Below, one piece after another: positions 34,256 through 43,256 of a stretch of DNA of 54,409 nt. A program made the position numbers and the translations under genes. Source of the stretch: an uncultured Eubacteriales bacterium. GTDB taxonomy: Bacteria > Acidobacteriota > Aminicenantia > Aminicenantales > UBA8522. Numbering within the stretch: the first letter of the stretch is position 1; every line of letters starts with the position of its first letter. Location: assembly GCA_964445305.1 (NCBI GenBank), contig CAYUKK010000016.1, positions 1-54,409 of the forward strand, in the 5' to 3' direction. The notes under the pieces were generated by a model that was given only the letters and a program-made list of their open reading frames with translations, did not search any database and had not been told where the DNA came from.

Positions 34256-34765
34256 CTATCTCCCCTGATCGAGCTTCTTTTGATAGCTTTGAAAATGGGG
34301 CAAGAGTCGCGCATAGGTTGTGTTCAGGTCTTCGACGATAACGCGAGTCTGGCTGACAAGGGGCATGAAGTTCGCATCGCCATGCCAGCGAGGGATGACG
34401 TGGAGATGGTAATGGTCGACAACGCCGGCGCCAGCACTCTGGCCGAGGTTCATCCCGGCGTTGAAGCCATGGGGGTGGAAGGAGCGGCGGAGAATCCTCA
34501 AGGTAAGCTTGAATAAGTCGGCCAGTTCGTCGCTGGCCTCTTTAGAAGCGCGGTCGAAGGAGGCGACGTGCCGGAGCGGAGCGATCATCAGGTGACCCGG
34601 TGTGTAGGGGAACTTGTTGAGAAGAATGAAATTGTGCTGGCCACGGAAAAGGATGAAGGCAGCCCGGTCATCCTTGAGCCGAAGAGCTCGACAGAAGATG
34701 CAACCCCGCATGCGGCATACCCGCTTGACGTATTCTTCTCTCCAGGGGGCTGAAATATATTTCAT
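34256..34765 (-). CDS. HIT-family hydrolase (Ap4A phosphorylase-like)
   Basis: CIFC, LNKFPYTPGHLM, HYHLHVIPRW. Confidence 0.9.
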   Translation of the reverse strand: MKYISAPWREEYVKRVCRMRGCIFCRALRLKDDRAAFILFRGQHNFILLNKFPYTPGHLMIAPLRHVASFDRASKEASDELADLFKLTLRILRRSFHPHGFNAGMNLGQSAGAGVVDHYHLHVIPRWHGDANFMPLVSQTRVIVEDLNTTYARLLPHFQSYQKKLDQGR

Positions 34766-35046
34766 CCGCGCTTCTTGTTGATGAGTTCTTTGAGGAGTTT
34801 GCTCGGCTTGAAATAAAGGACATTCTTCGGCGGTACTTTGACCGGCTCTCCGGTCCGGGGATTGCGGCCAGCTCGGGAGGTCCGCGTCCGGAATCGGAAG
34901 CTACCGAAGCCGCGGATTTCTATTTCTTCCCCGCGCAGGAGAGCGTCCTTGATGGCCTGGAAAAAGAGGTTGACGCCCTCTTCGGCCTCCAGCTTGGGAA
35001 TGTCCATTTCTTTGGCGATTCGATCGATGAGGTCGGCTTTGATCAT
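34762..35046 (-). CDS. ihfB: Integration host factor beta / HU-family DNA-binding protein
   Basis: EIRGFGSF, GRNPRTGE, FKPSK. It follows rpsA, as ihfB commonly does. Confidence 0.75.
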   Translation of the reverse strand: MIKADLIDRIAKEMDIPKLEAEEGVNLFFQAIKDALLRGEEIEIRGFGSFRFRTRTSRAGRNPRTGEPVKVPPKNVLYFKPSKLLKELINKKRG

Positions 35047-36788
35047 TTTTTTGCCTCCTTTCCCTGACTTGGTTTTTTGGGAGTGGTGATCTTCCTGAGG
35101 TTTTCGCCCATGATGTCGCCGAGAGTCATCCGGTCATCTTGGCCGCGGACGAATTTCTGGTACTCGAGTTTTTGCATCTCGAGCTGGGCCAGCCGGAAGC
35201 TCAGAGAAATCTTTTTTTCCTTGGGGTTCATTTTGATGATCTTGGCGAGGCGTTCTTCCCCGACTTGGAAAGCCTCCTGGGGGTTGTCGATTTTCTTTTC
35301 GTCGAGCTCGGAGAGGAAGACAACACCCTCGATACCCGGCGTGATTTCGACGAAGACGCCGAAATCGGTCATCCGGACGATGCGAACCTTCACCAGGTCT
35401 CCCACTTTCTGTCGGGAAAAGAAATCCTCCCAGATATCGCCGGCCAGTTGCTTGATGCCCAGAGAGATTTTCTGCTTTTCGACATCGATGTTGAGGATGA
35501 TGGCTTCGACTTCCTGGCCGATTTCGAGCTTCTGGGAAGGATGCTTGATCTTTTCCCAGGAGATATCCGAGATATGGATGAGCCCCTCGATGCCTGGCTC
35601 CACCTCCATGAACGCCCCGAAGTCGGTCAGGCTGGTGATCTTACCCCTGATGCGGGAGCCCGGGCTGAACTTCTGTTTAAGGATTTCCAAGGGGTGGGGC
35701 GTCGATTGTTTGAGGCCCAGGGATAACCTCTTCGTCTCGGGGTTGATATCCAGGATCGTGACGACCACTTCTTCGCCGAGGGAAAGGAGCTTCTTCGGGT
35801 GGACGAGTTTTCGCGACCACGTCAGGTCAGAGATATGGACGAGCCCCTCCACGCCTTTTTCCAGCTCGACGAAGGCCCCGAAGTCGGTCAAGCTGACGAC
35901 TCGGCCGCGGACTTTCTGGCCAATCTTGTACCTGTCCAGGATATTTTTCCATGGGTCTTCCGTGAGCTGTTTATAGCCCAGGGAGATTTTTTCTTCTTTT
36001 TCGTTGAAGTCGAGGACAACCACTTCGACCTCCTGCCCCACCTCGAAGAGCTCGGAGGGATGCCCGATTTTTCCCCAGCTCATGTCCGAGATGTGGAGGA
36101 GACCTTCGACTCCGCCCAGGTCGATGAAAGCGCCGAAGCTCGTCAGCGACTTGACCTGGCCTTTGACCTTTTCTCCTTTGACCAGGCGGCCAAAGACCCT
36201 CTTTTTTCTTTTTTCCCTTTCGTCCTGGAGGAAGAGCTTTCTCGACAGGACAGCGTTCTCGCTCTTCCGGTCGAAGCGGATGACCTTGAACTTGAAACTC
36301 TGGCCGATGAGCTTTTCTGGCTCCTTAACGGCCTTGACGTCAGCGTGGGAGTCGGGGAGGAAGGCGTCGATCCCCATCGACACGGTGTAGCCGTTCTTGA
36401 TTCTCTGGGTGATGCGACCCAGAACCCAGCCGTTGGTGTGGTAGGCCTTTTCAAGAAGGTCGATGGCTCGCAAAGCGTCCGCTCTCTTCTTGGAGAGACG
36501 GAGATAGCCCTCCTTGATATCCGTTTTTTCAAGAAGAGCTTCGACCTCGTGGCCTGGCCGCAGCTTCAGGCGCTCGCTCTCCTCGAAATCCTCGGCCGGT
36601 ATAATTCCCTCCGATTTGAACCCGATGTCGACGAGCACGCCAGCCGGGGTGACCTTGATGATTTTTCCCTTGAGAATCTTGCCAGGCGTGATTTCCCGGG
36701 CGCTGAACTGGTACTTGTCGAGAAGATGAGCATAATCTTCTTTGGTTAGCTTTTCTTCTTTTTCGGCTTTTTTTCTTAGCTCTGCCAT
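35043..36788 (-). CDS. rpsA: 30S ribosomal protein S1
   Basis: VDIGFKSEG and repeated S1 domains (FGAFV..GVEGL.HISD..W, ISLG.KQ). Confidence 0.95.
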   Translation of the reverse strand: MAELRKKAEKEEKLTKEDYAHLLDKYQFSAREITPGKILKGKIIKVTPAGVLVDIGFKSEGIIPAEDFEESERLKLRPGHEVEALLEKTDIKEGYLRLSKKRADALRAIDLLEKAYHTNGWVLGRITQRIKNGYTVSMGIDAFLPDSHADVKAVKEPEKLIGQSFKFKVIRFDRKSENAVLSRKLFLQDEREKRKKRVFGRLVKGEKVKGQVKSLTSFGAFIDLGGVEGLLHISDMSWGKIGHPSELFEVGQEVEVVVLDFNEKEEKISLGYKQLTEDPWKNILDRYKIGQKVRGRVVSLTDFGAFVELEKGVEGLVHISDLTWSRKLVHPKKLLSLGEEVVVTILDINPETKRLSLGLKQSTPHPLEILKQKFSPGSRIRGKITSLTDFGAFMEVEPGIEGLIHISDISWEKIKHPSQKLEIGQEVEAIILNIDVEKQKISLGIKQLAGDIWEDFFSRQKVGDLVKVRIVRMTDFGVFVEITPGIEGVVFLSELDEKKIDNPQEAFQVGEERLAKIIKMNPKEKKISLSFRLAQLEMQKLEYQKFVRGQDDRMTLGDIMGENLRKITTPKKPSQGKEAKK

Positions 36789-37660
36789 TGGACGATACTC
36801 TCCCTTGGCGATGAACACTTCGGATTAAAGCACTTCCGAATCTTGCGTACCGCTTCTTCGATATCTTCGGGAGGGGTCGAGGCCCCGCCGGAAAGACCGA
36901 CCTTTTGCGCTCCTCGAAGGAGCTTGGGCACGATTTGGCCAGCGTTTTCGATGAGATACGTGGTGGGCAAAATGCGCCTGGAGATTTCGAAAAGCTGCCT
37001 GGTGTTGGAGCTGTTTTTTCCGCCGATGATGAAGAGGACATCTACCTCTGAGGCCAGCTCGGAGGTCGACTTTTGGCGGGAACGGGTAAAGAGACAAATG
37101 GTGTTATAGACCTCCAGGCTCTCCGTTTTTTCGAGGAGGGCTGCTATCACCCGGCTAAAGACGTAGATATCCTGCGTCGATTGAGCCAGGACGGATCTCC
37201 TTTTGCGCCAGGGCAGGTTTTCGACCTGGGCTTCGTTTTCGATGATGATGGCTTTGCCGCGGCTGTGGCCAAGGAGGCCCATGATTTCCGGATGGTCCCG
37301 GTTGCCAACGATGATGAGCTCCTTCGGCCCGCGACTCAGACGCTCGACCAGGCGCTGGATTTTCTTGACGATGGGACAGGTGGCATCGACAACTTCAACC
37401 CTTTTCTTCTTGAGCTTTTGGATGACCTCGGGCGGAACACCGTGGCTGCGGATGATGACGGGACCTCTTTCGATGGTGTCGACATCGGCCCGAGAATGGA
37501 TCCCTTCCTTTTCCAGTTCGGAGATGACCCGGGGATTATGGATGAGGTCGCCAAGGGTAAAGACCTTTCCCCGGGCCCGGCGGCGGACACTCTTGGCCAG
37601 CTTGAGCGCTCGTTTGACGCCGTAACAGAAGCCACAATTCTTGGCGATGATGATTTCCAT
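36776..37660 (-). CDS. ispH: 4-hydroxy-3-methylbut-2-enyl diphosphate reductase
   Basis: GFCYGVKRA, IHNP, SHG, DATCP, HPE, NTIC, GGKNSSNT, GASTP. Confidence 0.95.
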   Translation of the reverse strand: MEIIIAKNCGFCYGVKRALKLAKSVRRRARGKVFTLGDLIHNPRVISELEKEGIHSRADVDTIERGPVIIRSHGVPPEVIQKLKKKRVEVVDATCPIVKKIQRLVERLSRGPKELIIVGNRDHPEIMGLLGHSRGKAIIIENEAQVENLPWRKRRSVLAQSTQDIYVFSRVIAALLEKTESLEVYNTICLFTRSRQKSTSELASEVDVLFIIGGKNSSNTRQLFEISRRILPTTYLIENAGQIVPKLLRGAQKVGLSGGASTPPEDIEEAVRKIRKCFNPKCSSPRESIVQWQS

Positions 37661-37683
37661 GACGATGGGAAAAATAGTCCTTA

Positions 37684-37712
37684 ATACTATCCCAGATAAA
37701 GCTTTTTGTCAA
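37684..37712 (-). promoter_or_regulatory. sigma70-type promoter for the ispH-rpsA cluster
   Basis: Minus strand TTGACA-17 nt-TAGTAT. Confidence 0.65.
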
Positions 37713-37744
37713 TGTTAAGTGTAGGAAAAATCTTCATTTAGCGG

Positions 37745-38878
37745 CTAGTCAGGCGGGTGGAGGAAGGAACCGAGACCTTGCTCAAGGATGGCGGCGACAG
37801 GAGGAACGTTTTCGAGGCGCACAGCTTTGTCTGGCTCGAGCGTTTCAAGGCTGGAAAGAAGAGCGTTCACAGCGGCAACGTGGCGAGCCACCCGCAGTCG
37901 AAGAGGGATCCCATCTTCTCCGTAAGGAACAAAAAGCCACCCCAGCCGGGAAGCGCGCGCATAGAATTTGTCCTTTCCGTCGACGATGAGGGAGGACGAT
38001 GGCTTGCCCTTGAGCCGGCCGTGCGAGGCGTTGGGCGTTTCGACGAGGACAGCCTTGATTCCGGCATGGTCACCCCACTCCCGGTGGCTTAAGCCGCGCA
38101 GGTTCACCGGCGAAGCTTCGAGACGGATGTCGAAATTCTGCCCCTGGATGTCCATCAGGGCCAGGGCTGCCAGCTCGGCGCTGTTTTCGTGGAAGACAAT
38201 GGCGTTGATGACGGGATATTCGGGAGCGGATTCATGGAGGTCGATGCCCAGGTCGATCTTCTCCCGGCGGATAAGTTCCATGATGGCATAGGCAATCTTT
38301 TCGGTTAGATTCCCGCTGGCTTTTCCCGGGTAGCAGCGATTGAGATTTCTGGCCTCCATGCCGGAGAGCTTTTGGCCGGGTGGGTTGAGGTAGATGGCAG
38401 GGTCAGGCCACTGGTGAACAGGGTTGGTCAAGCGCGAGCCGAGGCGGAAAAGCCTCGCTCCCCCGGCCGTCGGTATGGCGAACCGCTGCGGGTTTCCCTC
38501 CTGCGGGTCACTGTGGGTGAAACCACTGTTGTTGGCCCGCGGGATGATGAAGAGGCTTCCCCGCACGACCCGGATATTCTCGATAAGGAGGACGGCGGTG
38601 ATGAACCCGGCCGGTTCGTTCGGGTGTTCGCCGCCGAGGAGGAGGATTTTCCCTCCAGCCTCGTTCCCTTGAAAAATATAGATTTCGGTGTCGCCGGGAG
38701 TGTCCTTGAGGCCGGGCAGGTAAGCGCTCAGCATCCGGCGCTCGGTGAGAGCCGGGCCGGGGAAGAGAGGCTCGGGTTCGTGGAGGCTGAGGAAACTCTG
38801 GCCGGTGAAAAAAGTCAGCGCTGCGGCCAGAAAAAGAAAAAGAACGGCCGAGAGCCAGGACGGTGAAATTTTCCCCAT
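37745..38878 (-). CDS. Succinylglutamate desuccinylase/aspartoacylase (M14-like) family Zn peptidase, exported
   Basis: N-terminal TM/signal; GGEHPNEPAG (HxxE), RNLNR, DLHE, VLVET. ATG 38878 lies 2 nt after the upstream small-ORF stop. Confidence 0.82.
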   Translation of the reverse strand: MGKISPSWLSAVLFLFLAAALTFFTGQSFLSLHEPEPLFPGPALTERRMLSAYLPGLKDTPGDTEIYIFQGNEAGGKILLLGGEHPNEPAGFITAVLLIENIRVVRGSLFIIPRANNSGFTHSDPQEGNPQRFAIPTAGGARLFRLGSRLTNPVHQWPDPAIYLNPPGQKLSGMEARNLNRCYPGKASGNLTEKIAYAIMELIRREKIDLGIDLHESAPEYPVINAIVFHENSAELAALALMDIQGQNFDIRLEASPVNLRGLSHREWGDHAGIKAVLVETPNASHGRLKGKPSSSLIVDGKDKFYARASRLGWLFVPYGEDGIPLRLRVARHVAAVNALLSSLETLEPDKAVRLENVPPVAAILEQGLGSFLHPPD

Positions 38879-38880
38879 GG

Positions 38881-39027
38881 TCACTTTATGGAGAGGAGAC
38901 GGAGGAGGAAGAGGACAAAGACGAGGACAAGGGAAGCCTGATTCCATAATTTTTTTTGGCGAAAGAGATATCCAATCATATGCAAGCTCCAATAGAGCAC
39001 CATGAGGAGGTAGAGGAAGCGCAACAT
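38881..39027 (-). CDS. Unannotated 48-aa two-helix membrane protein
   Basis: MLRFLYLLMVLYWSLHMIGYLFRQKKLWNQASLVLVFVLFLLRLLSIK*. AGGAGG SD at 39041-39046; it fills the gap between the DctM-like gene and the peptidase. Confidence 0.75.
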   Translation of the reverse strand: MLRFLYLLMVLYWSLHMIGYLFRQKKLWNQASLVLVFVLFLLRLLSIK

Positions 39028-39045
39028 CTTAAATCTTATCCCTCC

Positions 39046-40314
39046 TTATAGAAATTTATCCAGAAGGGGAGCAAGGAGGAGCATCCCCATTCCTGCCGCC
39101 ATCTGAAGAAGAGCGGGAACGAGGCAATAACGGATGACTTTAAAGAAATTCTTCTCCCCGACTACTTGGGCGGCGAAACGGCCGGAGATGGCGGCGGGCG
39201 GAACGAGGTCCCCGAGGCTGGTGATTGCGGAGAGAGCCGCGGAGGTGAGGAGAGCGTTCTTGTTGACGAGAGCGAGCATGAAGGGAATGCCCAGGATGGA
39301 GGCTGACCCGAAGGTGGAAACGCCGCCGAAGGCCGGCATGCTCAAGCTGATTCCGAGGTAGAGTAGAAAAGAGGGTAAAGAAAGGATGGCCATGACCGTC
39401 CAACCACGGGCGCCGGTCAGGGTCATGACCTGGATGAACATCCCCACCCCAGCCAGAATGGCCAGAATGGGCATGGCCTCTTCGAGAGCTTTGGCTGAGG
39501 CTTTAAGAAAATTGAAACGCCGGCCGCAAAAAATTCCCACCAGGCTCGAAGCCATGAACACACCGGGAATGCCGATGTCGGGGATTATGCGGGGGAATAG
39601 CCCGGGTCCGGCCATCAGCGCAGCCAGGACAATGAAGGGGACATACAGCCTGAAGCCCACCCGGGAGCGGATGGACGGAGGGAGAAGGCTGAGCATTTCC
39701 TCCCGGCTGATTGCCCTCAAGTCTCGGTAGCCGATGACGAGCGGGATCAGGATGGCAAGCGGGATGACGAGGAGGAGAAGGGGCAAGGTTACTCCCACAT
39801 AGGGCATGTCCACTCCTCCACCCATGATCATGATCAGGATATTCACTGGCGGTGCAATCATACCCAGGATGCCGCCCATGCAGATGAGAGCGCCAGTCTT
39901 CAACCGCGGCAGGCCCAGCTTCATCATGACCGGAGCGATGATCGGTCCGGTGCTGAGGATGGCGGCCGTCGAAGAGCCGGTGAGCATGCCGGGGAACATG
40001 AGGACGAGCATGACGACAAGCAGGAGCATGATTCGACTGCGGTAGAATGTCTGGAGCAGGAGAGCCGTGACGCTGTCCAGTATGCCCGAGGCCTCGAGAA
40101 CTTTGATAAATAGAGTGGCCGTGAGAATGATCAGAATAGTGTCGAAATAGCCGAAGCTTCCCTCGATGAGATGGCGAAAACTCAGTCCCTCCCCGCCGGC
40201 GAGCAAACCGGCCAGAGCGGAAAAAGCGAGGGCTATCCCGATGGGGAGCCTGGCCGTCATGGCCAGGAGAATGAACACGGCCAGCATGATGGAAAAGAGG
40301 AGAGCTTCGGACAT
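39046..40314 (-). CDS. TRAP DctM-like (ion-transporter superfamily) permease
   Basis: LPIGIAL, GMLTGSS, GMIAPPVN, GDLVPP; about 11-12 hydrophobic segments. Confidence 0.8.
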   Translation of the reverse strand: MSEALLFSIMLAVFILLAMTARLPIGIALAFSALAGLLAGGEGLSFRHLIEGSFGYFDTILIILTATLFIKVLEASGILDSVTALLLQTFYRSRIMLLLVVMLVLMFPGMLTGSSTAAILSTGPIIAPVMMKLGLPRLKTGALICMGGILGMIAPPVNILIMIMGGGVDMPYVGVTLPLLLLVIPLAILIPLVIGYRDLRAISREEMLSLLPPSIRSRVGFRLYVPFIVLAALMAGPGLFPRIIPDIGIPGVFMASSLVGIFCGRRFNFLKASAKALEEAMPILAILAGVGMFIQVMTLTGARGWTVMAILSLPSFLLYLGISLSMPAFGGVSTFGSASILGIPFMLALVNKNALLTSAALSAITSLGDLVPPAAISGRFAAQVVGEKNFFKVIRYCLVPALLQMAAGMGMLLLAPLLDKFL

Positions 40315-40374
40315 CGGCCAATCTGCCTCAAAATTCCTTTCCGGGCGCCTCGCTACGCTCGCCTTCGGCCTGGA

Positions 40375-40935
40375 TTATCGGAATGCCTTGCGGAGCGGCT
40401 CGAGGGCTTCGGCTGCTTTCTCCACTTCGACGAGGGGTATGTTTTTCTCTCGGCAAATTCGGGTGAAAAAGCCGTCGGCGTTGCCGGATTTGACGACAAT
40501 GGCCATCTTGGCCAGGGGAAGGAACTCGGCCATGAGGTCATCCGTCTGCTGACCCCGTCGCGATTCTCCGCCCAGGTGAAGGCAAAGAATGGGGATTCCC
40601 TTTTTCCCAGCCTCGGCGGTAAGGCCTCTGACTCGCTCCCTCTCCTTGTCTATGTCCAGTCCGGCCGCTCCCAATCCTTTCATGCTGGCGCCGAGGACGA
40701 GGCCAAGCGTTTTCATATTCTCAAGGTCGACGCCTGTTGCCAGCTTCTCAAGTCGGTAATTCAGGCCCGCCCGCTTGGCCAGGACGGCGGCCAGCTGAAC
40801 CTCAGCATTCTGACCTGCCGAAGTGATGAGGAGGGGCTGCTCGAAGAGGCTGGTTTCCTCCATCGTGGCGTGAATAAGAATGGGCGAAAGGGTCAGGAGG
40901 ATCGGGATGGGAAAAGCATTGAGGAGTTTCTTCAT
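40375..40935 (-). CDS. Exported protein resembling the DUF6305 family
   Basis: AAGGA SD then the MKKLL signal peptide; LITSAGQ, GASMKGLGAAG, LHLGGESRRG. The family name is from memory and unverified. Confidence 0.65.
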   Translation of the reverse strand: MKKLLNAFPIPILLTLSPILIHATMEETSLFEQPLLITSAGQNAEVQLAAVLAKRAGLNYRLEKLATGVDLENMKTLGLVLGASMKGLGAAGLDIDKERERVRGLTAEAGKKGIPILCLHLGGESRRGQQTDDLMAEFLPLAKMAIVVKSGNADGFFTRICREKNIPLVEVEKAAEALEPLRKAFR

Positions 40936-40975
40936 TTGGCTATCCTTTCTTTGATTCTTCAAGTGTTCTTTCCAT

Positions 40976-42718
40976 TCAATACCCGGCGCCCCAACCATCA
41001 CGTCGGGAGTCGGCGGCGCCGAGGATGATTTTCCTGTCGCGCCAGACCAGGATTCCCTGGGCTCCGCCAAAATACTTGTCGTAGGCTTCCCTGACCCGGA
41101 CTTCATGGCCCAGCCGGCGGAGCTCCGCGACGGTCGCCTCGGCGATGCGCGATTCGAGGGCGATGGGCCGAGGCTGGCCGCCAACGGAATAGGAGAAGAA
41201 GCGAGGAGCTTCGATCGCCTCATCGAGGGACATCCTGAATTCCGTGATGTTGAGGATAATCTGGGCCAGAGAGGAAAAGATTCGCGTCCCGCCAGGAGAG
41301 CCAAGGACAAGAAACGGCTTGCCATCGCGGAAGAGGATGAGCGGCGCCATCGAGCTCACGGGACGATGCCCGGGCGCGGGCGCATTCAGAGAATCGGGCG
41401 ACGACGAAAAATCTGCCATCTGGTTATTGAGCAGGAAACCTGTTCCTTCAGGCACGATCCCGGTGCCGAAAAAATCGTTGATCGACTGGGTCAGGGAGAC
41501 GATGTTTCCTTCACGGTCGATGACACAAAGATGGGTGGTGTTACTTCGCCTGTCGCTCTCGTTATCGAACTCGCCGGGAGGGTAGGAGCCGAGCGCCCGG
41601 TCAGGCCGGATAGCCGAAGCGATAGAGGCAGCATATTCTCTCGACAGCAGCTTTTCCACCGGCACGGCGATAAAATGAGGGTCCCCCAAATAGCGCTCCC
41701 GGTCGGCAAAGATGAAGCGGAGAGCTTCACTCAGATGGTGGATGTAAAGGGATGAATTGTGGCCCCAGCCGCGGAGGGGCCAGTTTTCAGCGATGCGAAG
41801 GAGCTGGAGGAGGTGGAGGCCACCTGAAGCCGGGGGAGGAGCAGTGACGAGGGCAAAGTTTTTGTAAGTTCCCCGGAGAGGGCTGACTTCTTCGGCCTCG
41901 TAAGCGGCCAGGTCTTCGAGGGTCAGAATTCCCTGCTTAGCCTGCACGGCCGCGACGATCCTTCGGGCAATATCTCCCCGGTAAAATTCCTCGATGCCTT
42001 TTTCGGCCAGGACCCGGAAAGTCCGGGCTAAATCAGGATTCCTGTAATCCTCGCCGGGCTCATAGGGGAAGCCATCTTTAAGGTAACAACTTCCCTCTTC
42101 CAGGTTGAGGGCCAGCCTTTCGTACTCATCCTTATTGATGTCGCTAAAAGTTTGGCTGACGGGGAATCCTTGTTCGGCGATTTGGATGGCTCGCTGGGCT
42201 GCTTGGGCGAGGGAGCGTGTACCATAGCGACGGAGAGCCAGGGCCCAGCCCGCTGGCGCTCCGGGTACGGCCACAGCCAGGCCGGTCGCTGTCCGCCAGT
42301 GGTCCTCCGCTTCTCCCTTTTCCTTGAACATGGTCGGCCAGGCACCGGCGGGTGCTTTTTCTCGATAGTCGATCACAGCCACCTGGCGGGATTTGGCCAG
42401 ATAAAGGACCATGAACCCACCGCCTCCTATCCCGGAGGCAAAAGGCTCGGCGGCGTTCAAGGCGAAGGCTGTCGCCACCGCCGCATCGACGGCGTTGCCG
42501 CCACTTTTAAGCATGTCGAGGCCGGCTTCAACAGCCAGGGGGTTGGCAGCAACGACCAGGCCATGTCGACCGATATAATGGACGGGCGTGTGCCGGTCAA
42601 CGGGCGGAGGCGGGGAAACGCGCGGCTGGTTCTGGCAAGAGACCAGGAAAGAGAAGCCAACGAGCAGCTCGATTGCCAGGCTCAAGGCCAGGGAAGATGG
42701 CTTATCTTTTGGGTTCAC
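40976..42718 (-). CDS. ggt: Gamma-glutamyltransferase (lipoprotein)
   Basis: GGNAVDAAVA, SGIGGGGF, DYRE.AP, catalytic NTTH, LLNNQM.DF, RP.SSM.P, GSPGG, ADSRR; lipobox LVSC. Likely GTG start at 42718. Confidence 0.93.
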   Translation of the reverse strand: MNPKDKPSSLALSLAIELLVGFSFLVSCQNQPRVSPPPPVDRHTPVHYIGRHGLVVAANPLAVEAGLDMLKSGGNAVDAAVATAFALNAAEPFASGIGGGGFMVLYLAKSRQVAVIDYREKAPAGAWPTMFKEKGEAEDHWRTATGLAVAVPGAPAGWALALRRYGTRSLAQAAQRAIQIAEQGFPVSQTFSDINKDEYERLALNLEEGSCYLKDGFPYEPGEDYRNPDLARTFRVLAEKGIEEFYRGDIARRIVAAVQAKQGILTLEDLAAYEAEEVSPLRGTYKNFALVTAPPPASGGLHLLQLLRIAENWPLRGWGHNSSLYIHHLSEALRFIFADRERYLGDPHFIAVPVEKLLSREYAASIASAIRPDRALGSYPPGEFDNESDRRSNTTHLCVIDREGNIVSLTQSINDFFGTGIVPEGTGFLLNNQMADFSSSPDSLNAPAPGHRPVSSMAPLILFRDGKPFLVLGSPGGTRIFSSLAQIILNITEFRMSLDEAIEAPRFFSYSVGGQPRPIALESRIAEATVAELRRLGHEVRVREAYDKYFGGAQGILVWRDRKIILGAADSRRDGWGAGY

Positions 42719-43256
42719 CGCTTTTTTCTTCTCCCAGGAGGCTGGCGATTTCTTCTTCACTCGGCAGGTCGTCGAGGCTATTCAACCCGAAGTGGGCGAG
42801 GAACCTGTCAGTTGTCCGGTAGATCAAAGGCTTGCCCGGACTCTGCTTGCGGCCGACAATCCGGATGAGCTTTTTTTCGAGGAGTGTTTTGAGTGTGTAA
42901 GAAGAATCGACGCCGCGCAGGGCCGAAATCTCGGAGAGAGTGATGGGTTGATGGTAGGCAATGATGGACAGCGTCTCCAGGGCAGCCGAAGAAAGCTTGC
43001 TTTTTTTGTCAATCTTGAGGAGGCGCTTGACCCAGGGATGACAAGCCGGCTTGGTGCAGAAAATGTAACCGCCACCGGTTTGGGTAATCTGGATGCCGTG
43101 ACCGTCCTGCTGGTAGCATTGAATGAGTTCCGCGAGAGCTCGCTCGACCTCGGCCTCCGGCACGTCGGCCAGGACTTCCCGGATTCTGTCGAGCGTCAGG
43201 GGCTCGAGAGAAACGAAGATGAGCGATTCGATGATGTCCTTCAATCCCGCGTTCAT
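42702..43256 (-). CDS. scpB: SMC-Scp complex subunit ScpB
   Basis: IESLIF, LS.AALETL.IIAY.QP.T, RGV, PG.P.IY.TT..FL..FGL..L.DLP. Confidence 0.95.
   Translation of the reverse strand: MNAGLKDIIESLIFVSLEPLTLDRIREVLADVPEAEVERALAELIQCYQQDGHGIQITQTGGGYIFCTKPACHPWVKRLLKIDKKSKLSSAALETLSIIAYHQPITLSEISALRGVDSSYTLKTLLEKKLIRIVGRKQSPGKPLIYRTTDRFLAHFGLNSLDDLPSEEEIASLLGEEKSGEPKR

Noticed and set aside
38890-38936. Purine-rich low-complexity tract
   Set aside because: It is the antisense of Leu/Val/Phe codons in the 48-aa membrane ORF.
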